DNA of 63,709 nucleotides, counting the filler, from Phoronis australis (Eukaryota; Animalia; Phoronida): assembly GCA_002633005.1 (NCBI GenBank). It is 6 parts of 6 records of this genome, joined end to end, with 100 filler letters (N's around TTAATTAATTAA, not from the genome) between each part and the next. Parts side by side here need not be neighbours in the genome. Positions count along the whole stretch, not along the records: positions 19,055 to 43,306 come from NMRA01000504.1; positions 43,407 to 49,974 come from NMRA01002145.1; 4 more parts are not named here. One strand, 5' to 3'. Each line of letters begins with the position of its first letter. Positions within the stretch are counted from its first letter, which is position 1. The notes beneath the pieces were generated by a model that was not told where the DNA came from, ran no database searches, and saw only the letters and a list, made by a program, of their open reading frames with translations. Shown here piece by piece: positions 38,401 to 48,983 of the stretch. The translations under genes and the position numbers were made by a program.

Positions 38401-40372
38401 TCTCAGATAACGAAAATATTTACGAGGTTGAGGAAAGATGACGTGACGTTGAACTCACATGATTGATTTTGCGAACGTCTATGTCATTCCGTCGACGGCT
38501 GTAGATCATCGACTGATCCAAGAACAGCGCAGAGTAAAGTGGACGAACAAACAATCTACAAAATATTGTTCAGAATTCAGATATGAGGTTAAAAGAACAT
38601 CAACAGTTTTACGGTAGAAAAACGCATTTTTAATTTATTCTTGAAGATAACAGATTTTACCAGAGCTATAAAAAGCCCGTTTTGCACTGTTATTCTTAGT
38701 CGCCCCTCTTGCCGTCGTTTGTTAGACATTGTGCGCTGAAATCAAGGCCGCTCTTCTGACCGGTGGAGCTAAATCACGCTTGACACTGCTTTAAACCCAA
38801 GCCACTCTCTTGATTTCAGCGTATCTGTGGCATATAGTGGCGAGAATTGGCGATTTGTAAAACATCGCAAAAACAACGGATCGCGTTGGTGCATGGTTCT
38901 TATCAGCACGTAAATTCCTAAAAACTATCCCATCCAACAAAGCCCCAAGCCAGTGATGAATGGATCTAACTACCTACTAAAAAACACTTGTTTATTGCGA
39001 GAGTGAAATCTTATAGAGCAATAAAAATGACCGCCACAACGAAAGAGGGTACGACTACCACAAAAGCACTAGTTGGCGTACTGGCGCTACAATTAAACGC
39101 GTGCGTCTGTCGTAGAGATCATAATATCCCTTTATCACGAAGTATTTTAGAGATTATTCACGCAAAATGGCCTATGTGTAACGCGAACGTGTTCTTTTGA
39201 GAACGTGTGAAATGCACTCGTCATACGATTGCACTACATGTACACACGCGGATTACACTCGCTCTAACGATCGAGTGCGTAGCTAATTCGTTCTTTTGTC
39301 GCCAGGTGAGAATGATTAAAAATACACTCCTATGAACGAGTACATTGCTTCGTTCTTTCGCTGCCAGGTGAACGCAGGCATCAATCCTACGAGTGAAATG
39401 CACTCTTCCTAAAGTGCGCATATCTTTGTTCTTTCACCTTTACCCCATAACTGAGTGGCCACGACTTTCGGATTCACTGACGATTGCAGCGCTCCTATAA
39501 ACAAGTGCATGAACTCGAGTCCACCTGACGGCGAAGGAACGAAGCTGTGCACTCGTATGAACGAGGGCATTTCACTCCTACGATGTGTGCATTTCCACTC
39601 GCATGACGAGTGCCTTGGATTACACACGTTCTAAAAAGAACACGTCTGCTTTCCAGATATGAGTCCACACTAGTGCAGACTTGTGTGCCTGAAGTGACTG
39701 GTCCTGCAAGTATGGAATCTGTTCTCTAAACAAATCAAACATGTTAAGGTTATGAAGGATCTTATCGACAAATCTGCGCATTTAACAAAATATGTAGAAA
39801 ACTAAAGATTTTGGCTCAATGAAAGTACTCAGTTTTAGAAAGTACAGTCTTTTAAATTTGATTTTTTTCTTTCTTTTTTTAATTCGCTCAAGTGACCATG
39901 TCTTTTTAGTAACGTTTAACAAAGGAAGGTACATTGTTAGCAAAACGCCGGTATGATATGATGGCCTCTCATGCAAAAGTGGATCATTCCAAAAATATTT
40001 CCTAACAGTTTCGTTGAAATCAGTGCATAAAACATAGTACTAGAATGTTTCATGTGAATCCAAGCAGCTATATGGAATGATTCTCCGAAGTCGTTCAAAT
40101 TTGACCATTTTTATAGTGCCCTATATGACTGAACCTTTTGCTATGAATTGTTAGGATTATAAGGACATCATTGCCTTCAATTAACATGATTTGACTCACC
40201 GCTGTGTCTTTGCTAGTCGGCTGGAAGTTGGAAACCATATGTGTTTAGTCAACCAAGCTTGAAACAGCACACACGCTAACAGAATAAGACCCATGTAAAT
40301 GTGATCCATGATTGTGTCAGTTCTTTCAACAGTGAAGCAATTGTCGCTTGTGAACACGGACATTGGAATAAA
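26741..40372 (-). CDS. CHS: Chitin synthase (GT2, metazoan type), 5'-partial gene span: 14 exons, ~1100 aa
   Basis: Phase-consistent GT-AG exon chain; motifs HIWFP..RLAKT.RLFV, CATMWHE, HIFFDDAF, TPYGGRL, RHRKRWSQ, LALDGDVDF, GRIHP, QKFEY, SPGCFSLFR, QYDQGEDRW, QRRRW, WGTRE, LRNK. Confidence 0.96.
28762..28967 (-). CDS. CHS: Chitin synthase exon 13 (acceptor ambiguous: 28967, 28982 or 28994)
   Basis: ...WLADPDL...EARFWKELIDKYLYPL...VAEDLLELRNK|GTAAG; three in-phase CAG acceptors. Confidence 0.85.
30014..30219 (-). CDS. CHS: Chitin synthase exon 12
   Basis: ttttgtAG|(S)CICCPHEE...ILEKIDTMEKAL...DDDYEPP G|GTATT; cysteine cluster plus coiled coil. Confidence 0.88.
30355..30480. repeat. (CATA)n-type microsatellite
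   Basis: Imperfect catacatacata run. Confidence 0.9.
30655..31014. mobile_element. PIF/Harbinger-like MITE in CHS intron (truncated relative at ~29700-29925)
   Basis: TIRs GACCCGGTCTCCAATC...ACTCGAAA and TTTCGAGT...GATTAGAGACCGGGCC; CAG TSD on both sides. Confidence 0.8.
31950..32251 (-). repeat. Interspersed repeat with internal tRNA-like A/B boxes, copy 2
   Basis: Starts ATAGATTATTACATGGCGAAGTCGTTATCCCC; ~240 bp later TGGTGTAGTGG...GGGTTCCACTCC. Confidence 0.8.
32255..32460. repeat. (TG)n-rich microsatellite
   Basis: Long tgtgtg / tgtctg run. Confidence 0.95.
32650..33095 (-). CDS. CHS: Chitin synthase exon 11
   Basis: tttcAG|LKASFILTGIYC...LHPQEF...IPCMYLLLIIYSLCNLHVVTWGTRE...NLC AG|GTAAA. 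Confidence 0.95.
33213..33379 (-). CDS. CHS: Chitin synthase exon 10
   Basis: tttcAG|(A)ILMFLSIIGPGSIFMMIVGA...AKPAWQ|GTAAG. Confidence 0.95.
34495..34722 (-). CDS. CHS: Chitin synthase exon 9 (catalytic EDR and QRRRW)
   Basis: ctttcAG|(G)EDRWLCTLLLQQG...FFNQRRRWTPSTMAN...LYH G|GTAAT. Confidence 0.97.
34996..35196 (-). CDS. CHS: Chitin synthase exon 8
   Basis: ctttcAG|(G)PMVWYQKFEYAIGHW...CSPGCFSLFR...QYDQ G|GT. Confidence 0.96.
35321..35534 (-). CDS. CHS: Chitin synthase exon 7
   Basis: ttcAG|VMYMYYFLG...LALDGDVDFQP...CGRIHPIGS G|GTAAG. Confidence 0.96.
35989..36142 (-). CDS. CHS: Chitin synthase exon 6 (not in ORF track)
   Basis: ccAG|(Q)AVHKVRLHLDPPTKTKTPYGGRLEWKLPGGNTLTAHLKDKIVIRHRKRWSQ|GTAGG. 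Confidence 0.95.
36421..36529 (-). CDS. CHS: Chitin synthase exon 5 (not in ORF track)
   Basis: cttAG|(G)HIFFDDAFE...VNQFVKTLVRVIDTAA CA|GTAAGT. Confidence 0.95.
37130..37209 (-). CDS. CHS: Chitin synthase exon 4 (not in ORF track)
   Basis: ttttcAG|(N)MDVDQSARRLAQDQFEIVDPDYYEFE G|GTTAT. Confidence 0.94.
37360..37700 (-). mobile_element. 3' tail of an L2-group LINE in CHS intron
   Basis: Minus strand GAGGGCCTCTTGGAAAACAGTG...CACTGAAGAGGCCACCCTC stem-loop followed by (AAAT)n tail. Confidence 0.55.
37804..37979 (-). CDS. CHS: Chitin synthase exon 3
   Basis: cacAG|VFHNIAN...IPLIYVCATMWHETENEMIQMLSSIM AA|GTAAG. Confidence 0.94.
38459..38555 (-). CDS. CHS: Chitin synthase exon 2 (not in ORF track)
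   Basis: tttgtAG|(R)LFVRPLYSALFLDQSMIYSRRRNDIDVRKINH|GTGAG. Confidence 0.92.
39160..39670. mobile_element. MITE-like element with long imperfect TIRs
   Basis: ACGTGTTCTTTTGAGAACGTGTG...GCACTCGTCAT at ~39188 mirrored by ATGACGAGTGC...CACACGTTCTAAAAAGAACACGT at ~39603-39644. Confidence 0.65.
40200..40372 (-). CDS. CHS: Chitin synthase, most upstream recognisable exon (5' boundary uncertain)
   Basis: ttacAG|FIPMSVF...LILLACVLFQAWLTKHIWFPTSSRLAKTQ CG|GTGAG; alternative acceptor at 40275. Confidence 0.85.
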
Positions 40373-41352
40373 CTGTAATCACAGACAGGGAATCATCAAA
40401 AACGGGATAGACATGTGCGTTACCTAAGGTAAAGTACTTTGACAAAAGTACTCAGTATTAAATACTGTATATACACAAAACGTACCGAGAGCTGCGTAGA
40501 TGAAGTAATATCCCACGAAAATAATTCCGAGTATCGACCGAGACCGAAGATACAATGTTTTTATCCCAACGCTTCGAATTCCTCAGTTTGTTTCCTTTTT
40601 TGGAAGATTTTTAAATGCTTCACCCAGATTGTTCACGCGGCGGATCACATTCTATATGTACATGCTTGCGCGTTAGCTTCAATTTTTCTCTAGTAAAATA
40701 AAGGAATTCTTAGTTGAAAAAGATAACAAAGATAAAGATGAAAACAACGGTAATTGTGCATTGAACTTGCAACATTTCCTTACAGTAATTAAAAAACAAC
40801 AATTTTTGATATTCTAGTTACCAAGGAATCGGCACCTGAGTTGCAGACGATATAATATTTAGCAACTGAAAATTGAGACAGAAGTATGATATAATTAACG
40901 GTTTTGTACCTGGTTGCATGGTGAGTGTTATTTACACTGCCGCAATTGAATTTCTTTAAATTATTTTAGGAAAGTCTGATGATTGAACCGGCGATGAACC
41001 AACGACGACGAATCAACATTGACCTACCTTTTCAATTTTCATGTCAGAGGTCACTGTTGATGTAGTGCGGAAGGTGAATACGGAAAACAATATTACATGG
41101 TCGTCTTGTACTCGACTGATTCAACGCGATTGGGATAAAATAGTATAAGTAGAACGCATTCAAAACGGCGTTCTGTTCAATTGTCGAGATAACAAAGTGT
41201 AATGCACGATGTCACCTGTGTTTTGCGAGTAAGCTCGCTACTTAACTAGCACGCACTAACAAAGCGGCGGCTACAATTTTTTGCGATGGAACGGATTGTT
41301 TAATTATGTGACAAGATCAAAGCTTCTCACTGAAAGTGCATAGTCAATAAAT

Positions 41353-41703
41353 ATAGATTATTACATGGCGAAGTCGTTATCCCCCATAGAGCCCGAGTGG
41401 ATTTTGGAGACTTATCGCGCGAGGATCCGAACGACACGTTACTGACATTCAAACAGAAGATCCATGATTTACACGTGAGAGAAAATGACTGAATTTTACT
41501 GAATTAAAGATGCCGTTTACTGAAATTGTCCATCTTATTTTTCATAGCGTATAAATGTCGGTACAATGCCGTTTGTCGAACATGCGATTGTTGTGCGTGC
41601 TCAGTTACATATTCTATTTTCACGTTCGATGATGTCAGCTGCTGAGTTGTGCAGTGGTAAAGTCGACGACTCGAAACTCTTGCGGAGCGGATTCGAAACA
41701 GGC
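41353..41703 (+). repeat. Interspersed repeat with internal tRNA-like A/B boxes, copy 3
   Basis: Same ATAGATTATTACATGGCGAAGTCG start; TTGTGCAGTGG...GGATTCGAAAC at ~41647-41699. Confidence 0.8.
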
Positions 41704-42218
41704 CACGCGCGTTGAATAATGAAATGGATTATTTCACGGTTGTATTCGCCATTTCAGGCTGAAAATGTGGAAAAATGAAGTTATTAAAGGTGCATGCAAT
41801 GAAACAAAAATTATCAATTTAGGACGAGTTGTTCTACTCGATGATAGCAAGTTCAGCTCTTTTACCTAACACGAGAAGGCAGACGCAGCTGCTTGAAATT
41901 AACCAATGACGTCGCTAACACTGAATTAGCATACACGGTGGTCTACCAGTTTTATTTCATCTGAAGCCGGTAACTCAGTATGATTTATTCATTGTTGATT
42001 TCTCCAAACATTTGCACTATTGGACTCTTTTAAAGTCCTTCTCTCACGCGTTGTTAACCCTTATTACATGGTTAGAAGATGTTATAAGGATCCAAGAAGT
42101 ACCTACCCCATATTTAATACACGATCCGTACTCAAAAACAGTTTAAATGAACGCGCCACTCACGATTCGCACGCGAAGAAACGCCGCCATTTTGAACTTG
42201 CCGCGAACCCGGAAGTAC

Positions 42219-42768
42219 AATTCATTCAGGAACCCAGGCCAAGAAAACGCCGTCAGTGCGACTGGAGCAGTGCCTGTACTGTTACCAGCCAGCAAACGGG
42301 GATGAAAAAAAATCGACAGCGCGCCTTAATTTTGATAAAATCAAACTACGGACAATTTTATGGAATTTGCTGAAGAAATGTGGCGAATAAATTTTGACAG
42401 AAATTATTTTGCCAGACTCGGGACCGCAGCCTATCGGACCCGGTGCGGATCGAGACCTTACACTGGGGAACGGTAAATGCATGCGGTTGCAAGCTGTTTT
42501 GTCGAAGTAAAAGTCAAATGATGAATCCTGCATATATTCAAGGGTAGTTTCAGACACTTGCATGAAATTACGGGCTGGTTAGTCCTGTGTCACACTGCCG
42601 CGGCAGACCTTAGTTAGCCTGTCAGTCAAAGTGACCAGCTACCAGTGAAGACTATAGTCAAAATACAGCTTGTTAGTAGGCCTATACAGCTTTGCGCCAA
42701 GACTACCCTTAGGCCTAACTGGTCGCTGGCCACCGTACAAACACAAAAAACACGAAAATTGAACAAAG
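42219..42768 (+). repeat. Young interspersed repeat; near-identical inverted copy at 56140-56678
   Basis: About 550 bp align in reverse complement with few differences; both copies yield the same spurious ORF (RSAPGPI.CGPESGKIISV). Confidence 0.9.
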
Positions 42769-43519
42769 TTTCTTTTTTGTAGTAACGTTTGTCAAATGTA
42801 TCAACGTTAAATCTTCACAACTTACAAAGTAGCCGATTGAACATGACTTTCAGTTCAGCAAAAGTCGACATTCTCGGTTCCGCCAGAAATGAGTCCAACG
42901 GGAATTGTGAGCACATTTATCACTAAATGAGTAACAACTGCGAGGCTGAAATTTGGTGAACACTGCTAAATCGTGCAGAATAGAAAGTAAAGATATGTCT
43001 AACTAAATTTCACCGTAATTTGTTGGCGAAAACAATTTACACAAAGTTTTAAACTCGTAACTCATCCCGCTGTCCTCCAATATGGCCGACGCGATCCAAA
43101 CAAAGTGACCCAAATTTCGCCACAAAACTTGCAATAACTTTACAGTGCTTGCCCCGATTTTGATACTTTTTCGATTTTTACTGAGTAGAATGTACTACCT
43201 TTCCGATGATAGCAAAGTACTTTTTCAAAACGAGGAAAAAAATAAAACCGAAAAAAATTGGTTCGACCCATATTGGTTCCTAGGTTCGACCGGCCTACGT
43301 AAGGAANNNNNNNNNNNNNNNNNNNNNNNNNNNNNNNNNNNNNNNNNNNNTTAATTAATTAANNNNNNNNNNNNNNNNNNNNNNNNNNNNNNNNNNNNNN
43401 NNNNNNCATTTGAGTAGTGACTTGACAAAAAATCTCAAAAGAAACACCAAACTCACATAAGCTGTTTTTCCGTGGCAAACAAGCTTGGAGCTGATCCAGG
43501 TTTTCTCTCCCTGCTTTAC

Positions 43520-43595
43520 CCCTCCTTCCCTACCTACCTACCTACCTCCCTCCTTCCCTACCTACCTACCTACCTCCCTCCCTACCTACCTCCTC
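43520..43595. repeat. (CCTA/CCCT)n microsatellite
   Basis: cctacctacctacctccctcc run. Confidence 0.9.
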
Positions 43596-44291
43596 TCACT
43601 TCGTCTTTTGTCTGTCCGTTCGTCCATCATCCCTGTGCCAACTAAAGGTTATATAGGACTCAATATTAATAGCAGATTGGTGAAAAGTCAAAAATCAAAT
43701 TCTACATTCTTTCTGCCTTTAGAAAACAAATACTGAATTTAGGAAATTTGTCAGAATTCAAAGCAATGTTTGAAGCCTTTGAAAAACGACATTTTACAAT
43801 GTGGATTGTACTGTAATGCTTTCTACTTCTAACTCATTTACATTGTGGATTTTTGTGCCAAAAAGCCTATCTATAGGTGATCCCTTCTGCATTGCCAAGT
43901 TTTGGATAGAGACATATAGTTGATGTGGAGCAAGATGATCGGGTGCAACTTGCTTTACCTCTCAAACAGTTGACAAAAGTTGTCACCATGGTGTCAATTT
44001 GTACATGTCAGTTCTATTTGCAGAATTGATTAAACACATGTGTCCTCCTTATGCTCTGTGGTGGCATTACTGGGTCATTTTATATCCACTTGAGAATGAA
44101 ACAAGTATGTTTCGAAATATCTTGTACCTTCTAATTATGTCACTAGGTCAGCTACTTTCATCTATGTTCAGTTGAGAGTGAAGTTTTATTCCGAACATAT
44201 GAACGAAACGGAATAAAAACTGTCAATTAATTCTGCATATCGGAAAACTTGCTCTTGAAGTACAGTCAGTTCTGTTTGCACACATATTTCA

Positions 44292-44568
44292 GTCTGGGCC
44301 CAGTCTCCAATCTCCGGTCTGGGCCCAGTCTCCAATCTCCGGTCTGGGCCCAGTCTCCAATCTCCGGTCTGGGCCCAGTCTCCAATCTCCAGTCTGGACC
44401 CAGTCTCCAATCTCCGGTCTCCAGGCCCAGTCTCCAATCTCCGGTCTGGGCCCAGTCTCCAATCTACGGTCTGGGCCCAGTGTCTAATCTCCGGACTGGG
44501 CCCAGTCTTCAATCTCCAGTCTGGGCCCAGTCTCCAATCTCCGGTCTGGGCCCGGTCTCCAATCTCCG
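44292..44568. repeat. 25-bp minisatellite, ~11 copies
   Basis: Unit CTGGGCCCAGTCTCCAATCTCCGGT. Confidence 0.95.
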
Positions 44569-45750
44569 TACTCAGACTCGAATCATACTCAAACTCAGAC
44601 TTCATACTCAACTCGAGTACAGACTCAGCTTTGGTGTATTCAATGTCATACTCGAAAAATCTGTACTCGAAATTTCGAGCACGTACTCAATTTTCGAGTA
44701 TACTTGAACTGAAGTGCCTGTACATATAGTGTTTTCAACTCACGCGCCAAATGTCAACTAACTTGGTAAAACGCAAAGGTACAACGTCAAATTTTGATGT
44801 AAGCGTAAACCTACACAGTAGCGGGTTCTATATGAAGACTTTAAGCGAAAGAGCAAGTACGGGGGTTGACCAGGAACCAAACAAGTGGGCTCAGAAATGT
44901 TGACTGGCGTATCGGCTGACGTGGGCAACAGGCTAGCTAGAGAAGAACGCTGCCGCTGGTAATTAAGGTCCAAGCCTTTGAAATTTGCCNGGCCCCCCCC
45001 CCCCCACGGCATCACTTAGAAAAAAAATTTGATATGCCTTCAATACTTGGTGTGACCATGCCAATTTTAGGAGTAACTGTGTCAAGTTAAGAAGATCATG
45101 AACTGCTTTTGCCCCCCTGTCTAAATCCTACACTGAGATAAGAGATGCTCCGCGGCTGTGATTTCGATGTGATGAGCTGTTAAAAATTTCTTAAGACGTT
45201 TTCGGGAGATAAGGAACGTAAAAATTAAATCTTGATAATTGGCAAAAGTATCAAGAAGTCTATAATTTTTTGGTATGAGAATTTTGTATTGTAACTGAAA
45301 AAATGAATAACAGTTACATAACACTCATCTTTCCACGTTATAGCCTACTATTGTAGCGACAACAGGCGATAATGTAGTTGGTAAGGTAGCTTATGCGAAT
45401 AGAGAGTGCTGAATCAGTGCAACTATGCGTGGTTTTGCATTTCACATCATAAAGAGTTCCACAGAAACTTGAGTACGATTCTCAGATTTGAGTGTGTTTG
45501 GAGTCTACTCGAAATGCGACATTAAGTACACTTTTTTGAGTATGACTCCAGTAAGCACGATTTTGAGTATGACTCCAGTAAGCACGATTTTGAGTATGAC
45601 TCCAGTAAGCACGATTTTGAGTATGACTCCAGTAAGCATGATTTTGAGTATGACTCCAGTAAGCACAATTTTGAGTATTACTCTAGTAAGCACGATTTTG
45701 AGTATGAAATCTCAAGTATGAGTGTGAGTCTCAAGATTGGAGACCGAGCC
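44549..45750. mobile_element. PIF/Harbinger-like MITE with nested sequence
   Basis: CTG|GGCCCGGTCTCCAATCT...AGATTGGAGACCGAGCC|CTG; same TIR family as 30655-31014. Confidence 0.75.
45535..45706. repeat. 27-bp minisatellite, ~6 copies
   Basis: Unit TTTTGAGTATGACTCCAGTAAGCACGA. Confidence 0.95.
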
Positions 45751-46959
45751 CTGATCAGCCCGTTCCGTGTCAGCTGATCTGTGTCAACTTTTGTAATGTT
45801 AACGGGACAGCATGAGTCGGTGAATCTATTCATGTCATTCATAACACTGGCATTCTCAAGGTTACGTGACTGCATTTGTGAAGGGTACATTGGGTAGAAA
45901 CTTTTTTTACCAGCATTTCATCAATCTTTTTGTATTAAAACTACTGAAAACACTCGTCTGGGTTTGTCCATAACTAGATGTTCTTCAACTGCAGAAATAA
46001 GTTGATTGGTTAAGCCCTGTCTGAGAATAATAAGACTCTTTATTATGAAAGTTCTATCATGTGTCCTCATTTTGACATTAGCTCTTTGTGTTGTCAGACA
46101 ATTCAACACAATTGAAATTGCTACACTCCTTGTGGTGATACTGTGTTCTGAAACTGTGGAGTCAATGCACAAAGAGCAGTCACTGAACTAAGCTATTTTG
46201 TGTCAACAGTTGAACACTTGCTGTTAACTTGTGGGTTTGTGTTCCCAACTGGGCTTCTTTACTGCCTGTTCCCCTTGTGGGTATTTACCATACTATCTAT
46301 AGAGCAAGAGAAAGTGACACAAAAGGTCCTGGGAAGGTTGCATATCTTGCTTCTGCACTCACTTTCATTGATGAAACAGTGTCTTGCTCCATATCCAACA
46401 CAGTCTGTCTTGAGTATTCATGTTAGCTCAGTGGAAGTGAACTCAGATCTAAGATGCAGGCCCTTTGTCAGGTCATTACATCACTTTCTATTGTTCCAAG
46501 GATAGTTCATGCTCATCTTCAGCCAAGAGACAGTTGTCACCTTTATCATGGGGGGGACTTGCTCCACTTTAGCTGCATTTATACCATATTAGGTGTAAAC
46601 TGGATCAGCATGAGTCACTTACACAAAGACTATGACAGACAGATAGTTTATTTAGCCATTCATAAAACAAATAGTCCTGCTTGTAGTAGCCAAACATAAA
46701 CAGCTACACTGTCTTAAACAACATGCAATGCCAGTGGAACACCCCCAATACAATTATCCCTTTCTGCCCTGCCCCAGTTGTGTTTAGAAACTGGAGAAAC
46801 TGATCGAGTGCTCTGTCTATCAAATCGGTGTCAAAAACTAACCGCAGCAGTGTCACTTGCTCCGTGTCAGTTGTGTCTACACGCGCACACTTGCACCCAA
46901 TCAGCTGTTCCGTGTTAGCTGCGCCTTGCGTCGGCTGTCTCTCGTGTAGATGCAGCTTA

Positions 46960-47323
46960 AGGAATATAGTTTTTAACACAGGATATTGTCACTACAGGAA
47001 TATAGTTATTAACACAGGATATTGTCACTACAGGAATATAGTTATTAACACAGGATATTGTCACTACAGGAATATAGTTATTAACACAGGATATTGTCTC
47101 TACAGGAATATAGTTATTAACACAGGATATTGTCACTACAGGAATATAGTTATTAACACAGGATATTGTCTCTACAGGAATATAGTTATTAACACAGGAT
47201 ATTGTATCTACAGGAATATAGTTATTGACACAGGATATTGTATCTACAGGAATATAGTTATTAACACAGGATATTGTATCTACAGGAATATAGTTATTAA
47301 CACAGGATATTGTATCTACAGGA
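46960..47323. repeat. 36-bp minisatellite, ~10 copies
   Basis: Unit CAGGAATATAGTTATTAACACAGGATATTGTCACTA with cac/ctc/atc variants. Confidence 0.97.
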
Positions 47324-47397
47324 TAAGCACAGATCAGCAAATTTACTAAAAGTAACAGCAAAAATAGTTTCTTTCCCGTTTAATATCAAGCTGTTTA

Positions 47398-47558
47398 CAG
47401 AAGAGGATCCAAGATTTTGAGTTAGGGGGGAGGGGAGGGCACGGCAGGGCAGAGTATAAGCCCATCAGACATTCGCACACCCTAACTGCCAAATTGAATT
47501 TAGAAGAATTTTAGGAGGGGGCCTTAGCCTACTTGGCCTCCCTCTAAATCTGCCACTG
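47398..47558 (-). mobile_element. Short hAT-like MITE; related copy at 58671-58979 (+)
   Basis: CAGTGGC(A/G)GATTTAG... and ...AACTCAAAATC.TGGATCC termini shared between the two copies. Confidence 0.6.
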
Positions 47559-48142
47559 GTTTATTGTACAGAAACCTGCTCCTATTGCTATGCTAATAAG
47601 TTGTTACATTCAGATTAGGAAAACAATGAGATTTCACCCTGCAAGAAATGAGCTCTTGTTTCCCAAAATTGTCTTGGTGTAAGTCACCTGCCATACCCAT
47701 CCTCAGACGATCTTTGCACTGCCTTCAGGGACTTAGATATATGAGAATTTGAAAATCTGTGATGTACCAGTGACTCTAACAGAGTTCTTGTTGTTCTGCA
47801 GATTTGGGAATAAAGCAAGTTTATTGTGTGAAAGGAGTGCAAACAAAGCAACATGTCAGCTGAACTAGTCAGCTATCATCCCAAGCAGGAAGTTGGTAAG
47901 TTGACACTTCATTCTGTGCAGATTCGTGTAGAGGAGACACAACCAGACAAATTTAATCATCTGATGTAAGCGATAACCAATATGCCTCAAATTCCACAGC
48001 TCACTCTCCGATTAAAGCAGGCAACTTCTGATTGTGCTCCAATGCACACGCTCAACGTAATCTCGCATCAAATGAAAATAACAACGTATGTGGCGCCACC
48101 TTCAGATTAGGTTGACAAATGTAAATATTAGAAAACGTGTAT

Positions 48143-48352
48143 ATATCACAGTATGCCCTTTTTCATCCTCTTGTGTGTTTTTACTTGACTCCAACATTCA
48201 TGCTCTGCACATTAAATGTATTACAAGTCGGCTTAGTATCTAGAGTATGTATATCACAGTATGCCCTTTTTCATCGTCTTGTGTGTTTTTACTTGACTCC
48301 AACATTCATGCTCTGCACATTAAATGTATTAGAAATCGGCTTAGTATCTAGA
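48143..48352. repeat. 108-bp tandem duplication
   Basis: ATATCACAGTATGCCCTTTTTCATC... at 48143 and 48251. Confidence 0.9.
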
Positions 48353-48983
48353 ATATGTTTTCAACACTACAGCAGCATGACCAACCAATTTCAATAAAAC
48401 CCTCTGTTTTATTACCAAACCTCTCCGATTCACGCCTCTGCTAATTGAACGTTAGAAAACTGTCAACCAGTCGGCATTTCTTATTTACTGTGTCATGCAT
48501 ATTGTTGGAACGAGTCGTATTTTGAGCGTGCATGTTGGAGCAAAGTTTGAACTTTCCAGTTTTATTGGCGATTGTGCTATGGAATTTGAGGCATTTTGTT
48601 AGCATCAGGTGGTTCCATTTGTCTTCAATGGTTGTGTGGGTAATAGTCGGGTATAACATGACTGCATCTTTAGAACCCAGTATTCTCTGCTTAGTAGCGG
48701 CCTTCAAAATGGTTCTGGGCCTGTGATTACCTATTTGAAGTGTATGTATTAACTGTCCCGTTAATATTAATCAGTAAAAACTTCCATGCTCGTCGGCTAT
48801 ATTGGTTCGCTCTGTATACCTTCTACATACTATTATAATATAACTCGGAGTGAATGATAAGAGTGCCTGTGCTCTGTATATCTTCTACATATTATAATAT
48901 CATTCCAAGTGACTGATGAGAGTGCCTGTGTTATTGAGCTTTATTGGTGTACAAGTCCTTTTGGTATGTTTAATCTGTGTTAA

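Noticed and set aside
40486-40580. Candidate further CHS exon (LGIIFVGYYFIYAAL then GTACG donor)
   Set aside because: Upstream stop in every frame with no convincing acceptor, and the sequence looks repeat-derived; not excluded but unsupported.
41641-41703. Functional tRNA genes at A/B-box sites (also 13950, 24575, 31950, 52175)
   Set aside because: Stems do not pair into a cloverleaf and copies are diverged within repeats.
44292-47323. 25-, 27- and 36-bp repeats as CRISPR arrays or repeat proteins
   Set aside because: Units are directly adjacent with no unique spacers, no cas genes, eukaryotic context; the ORFs are by-products of stop-free repeat units.
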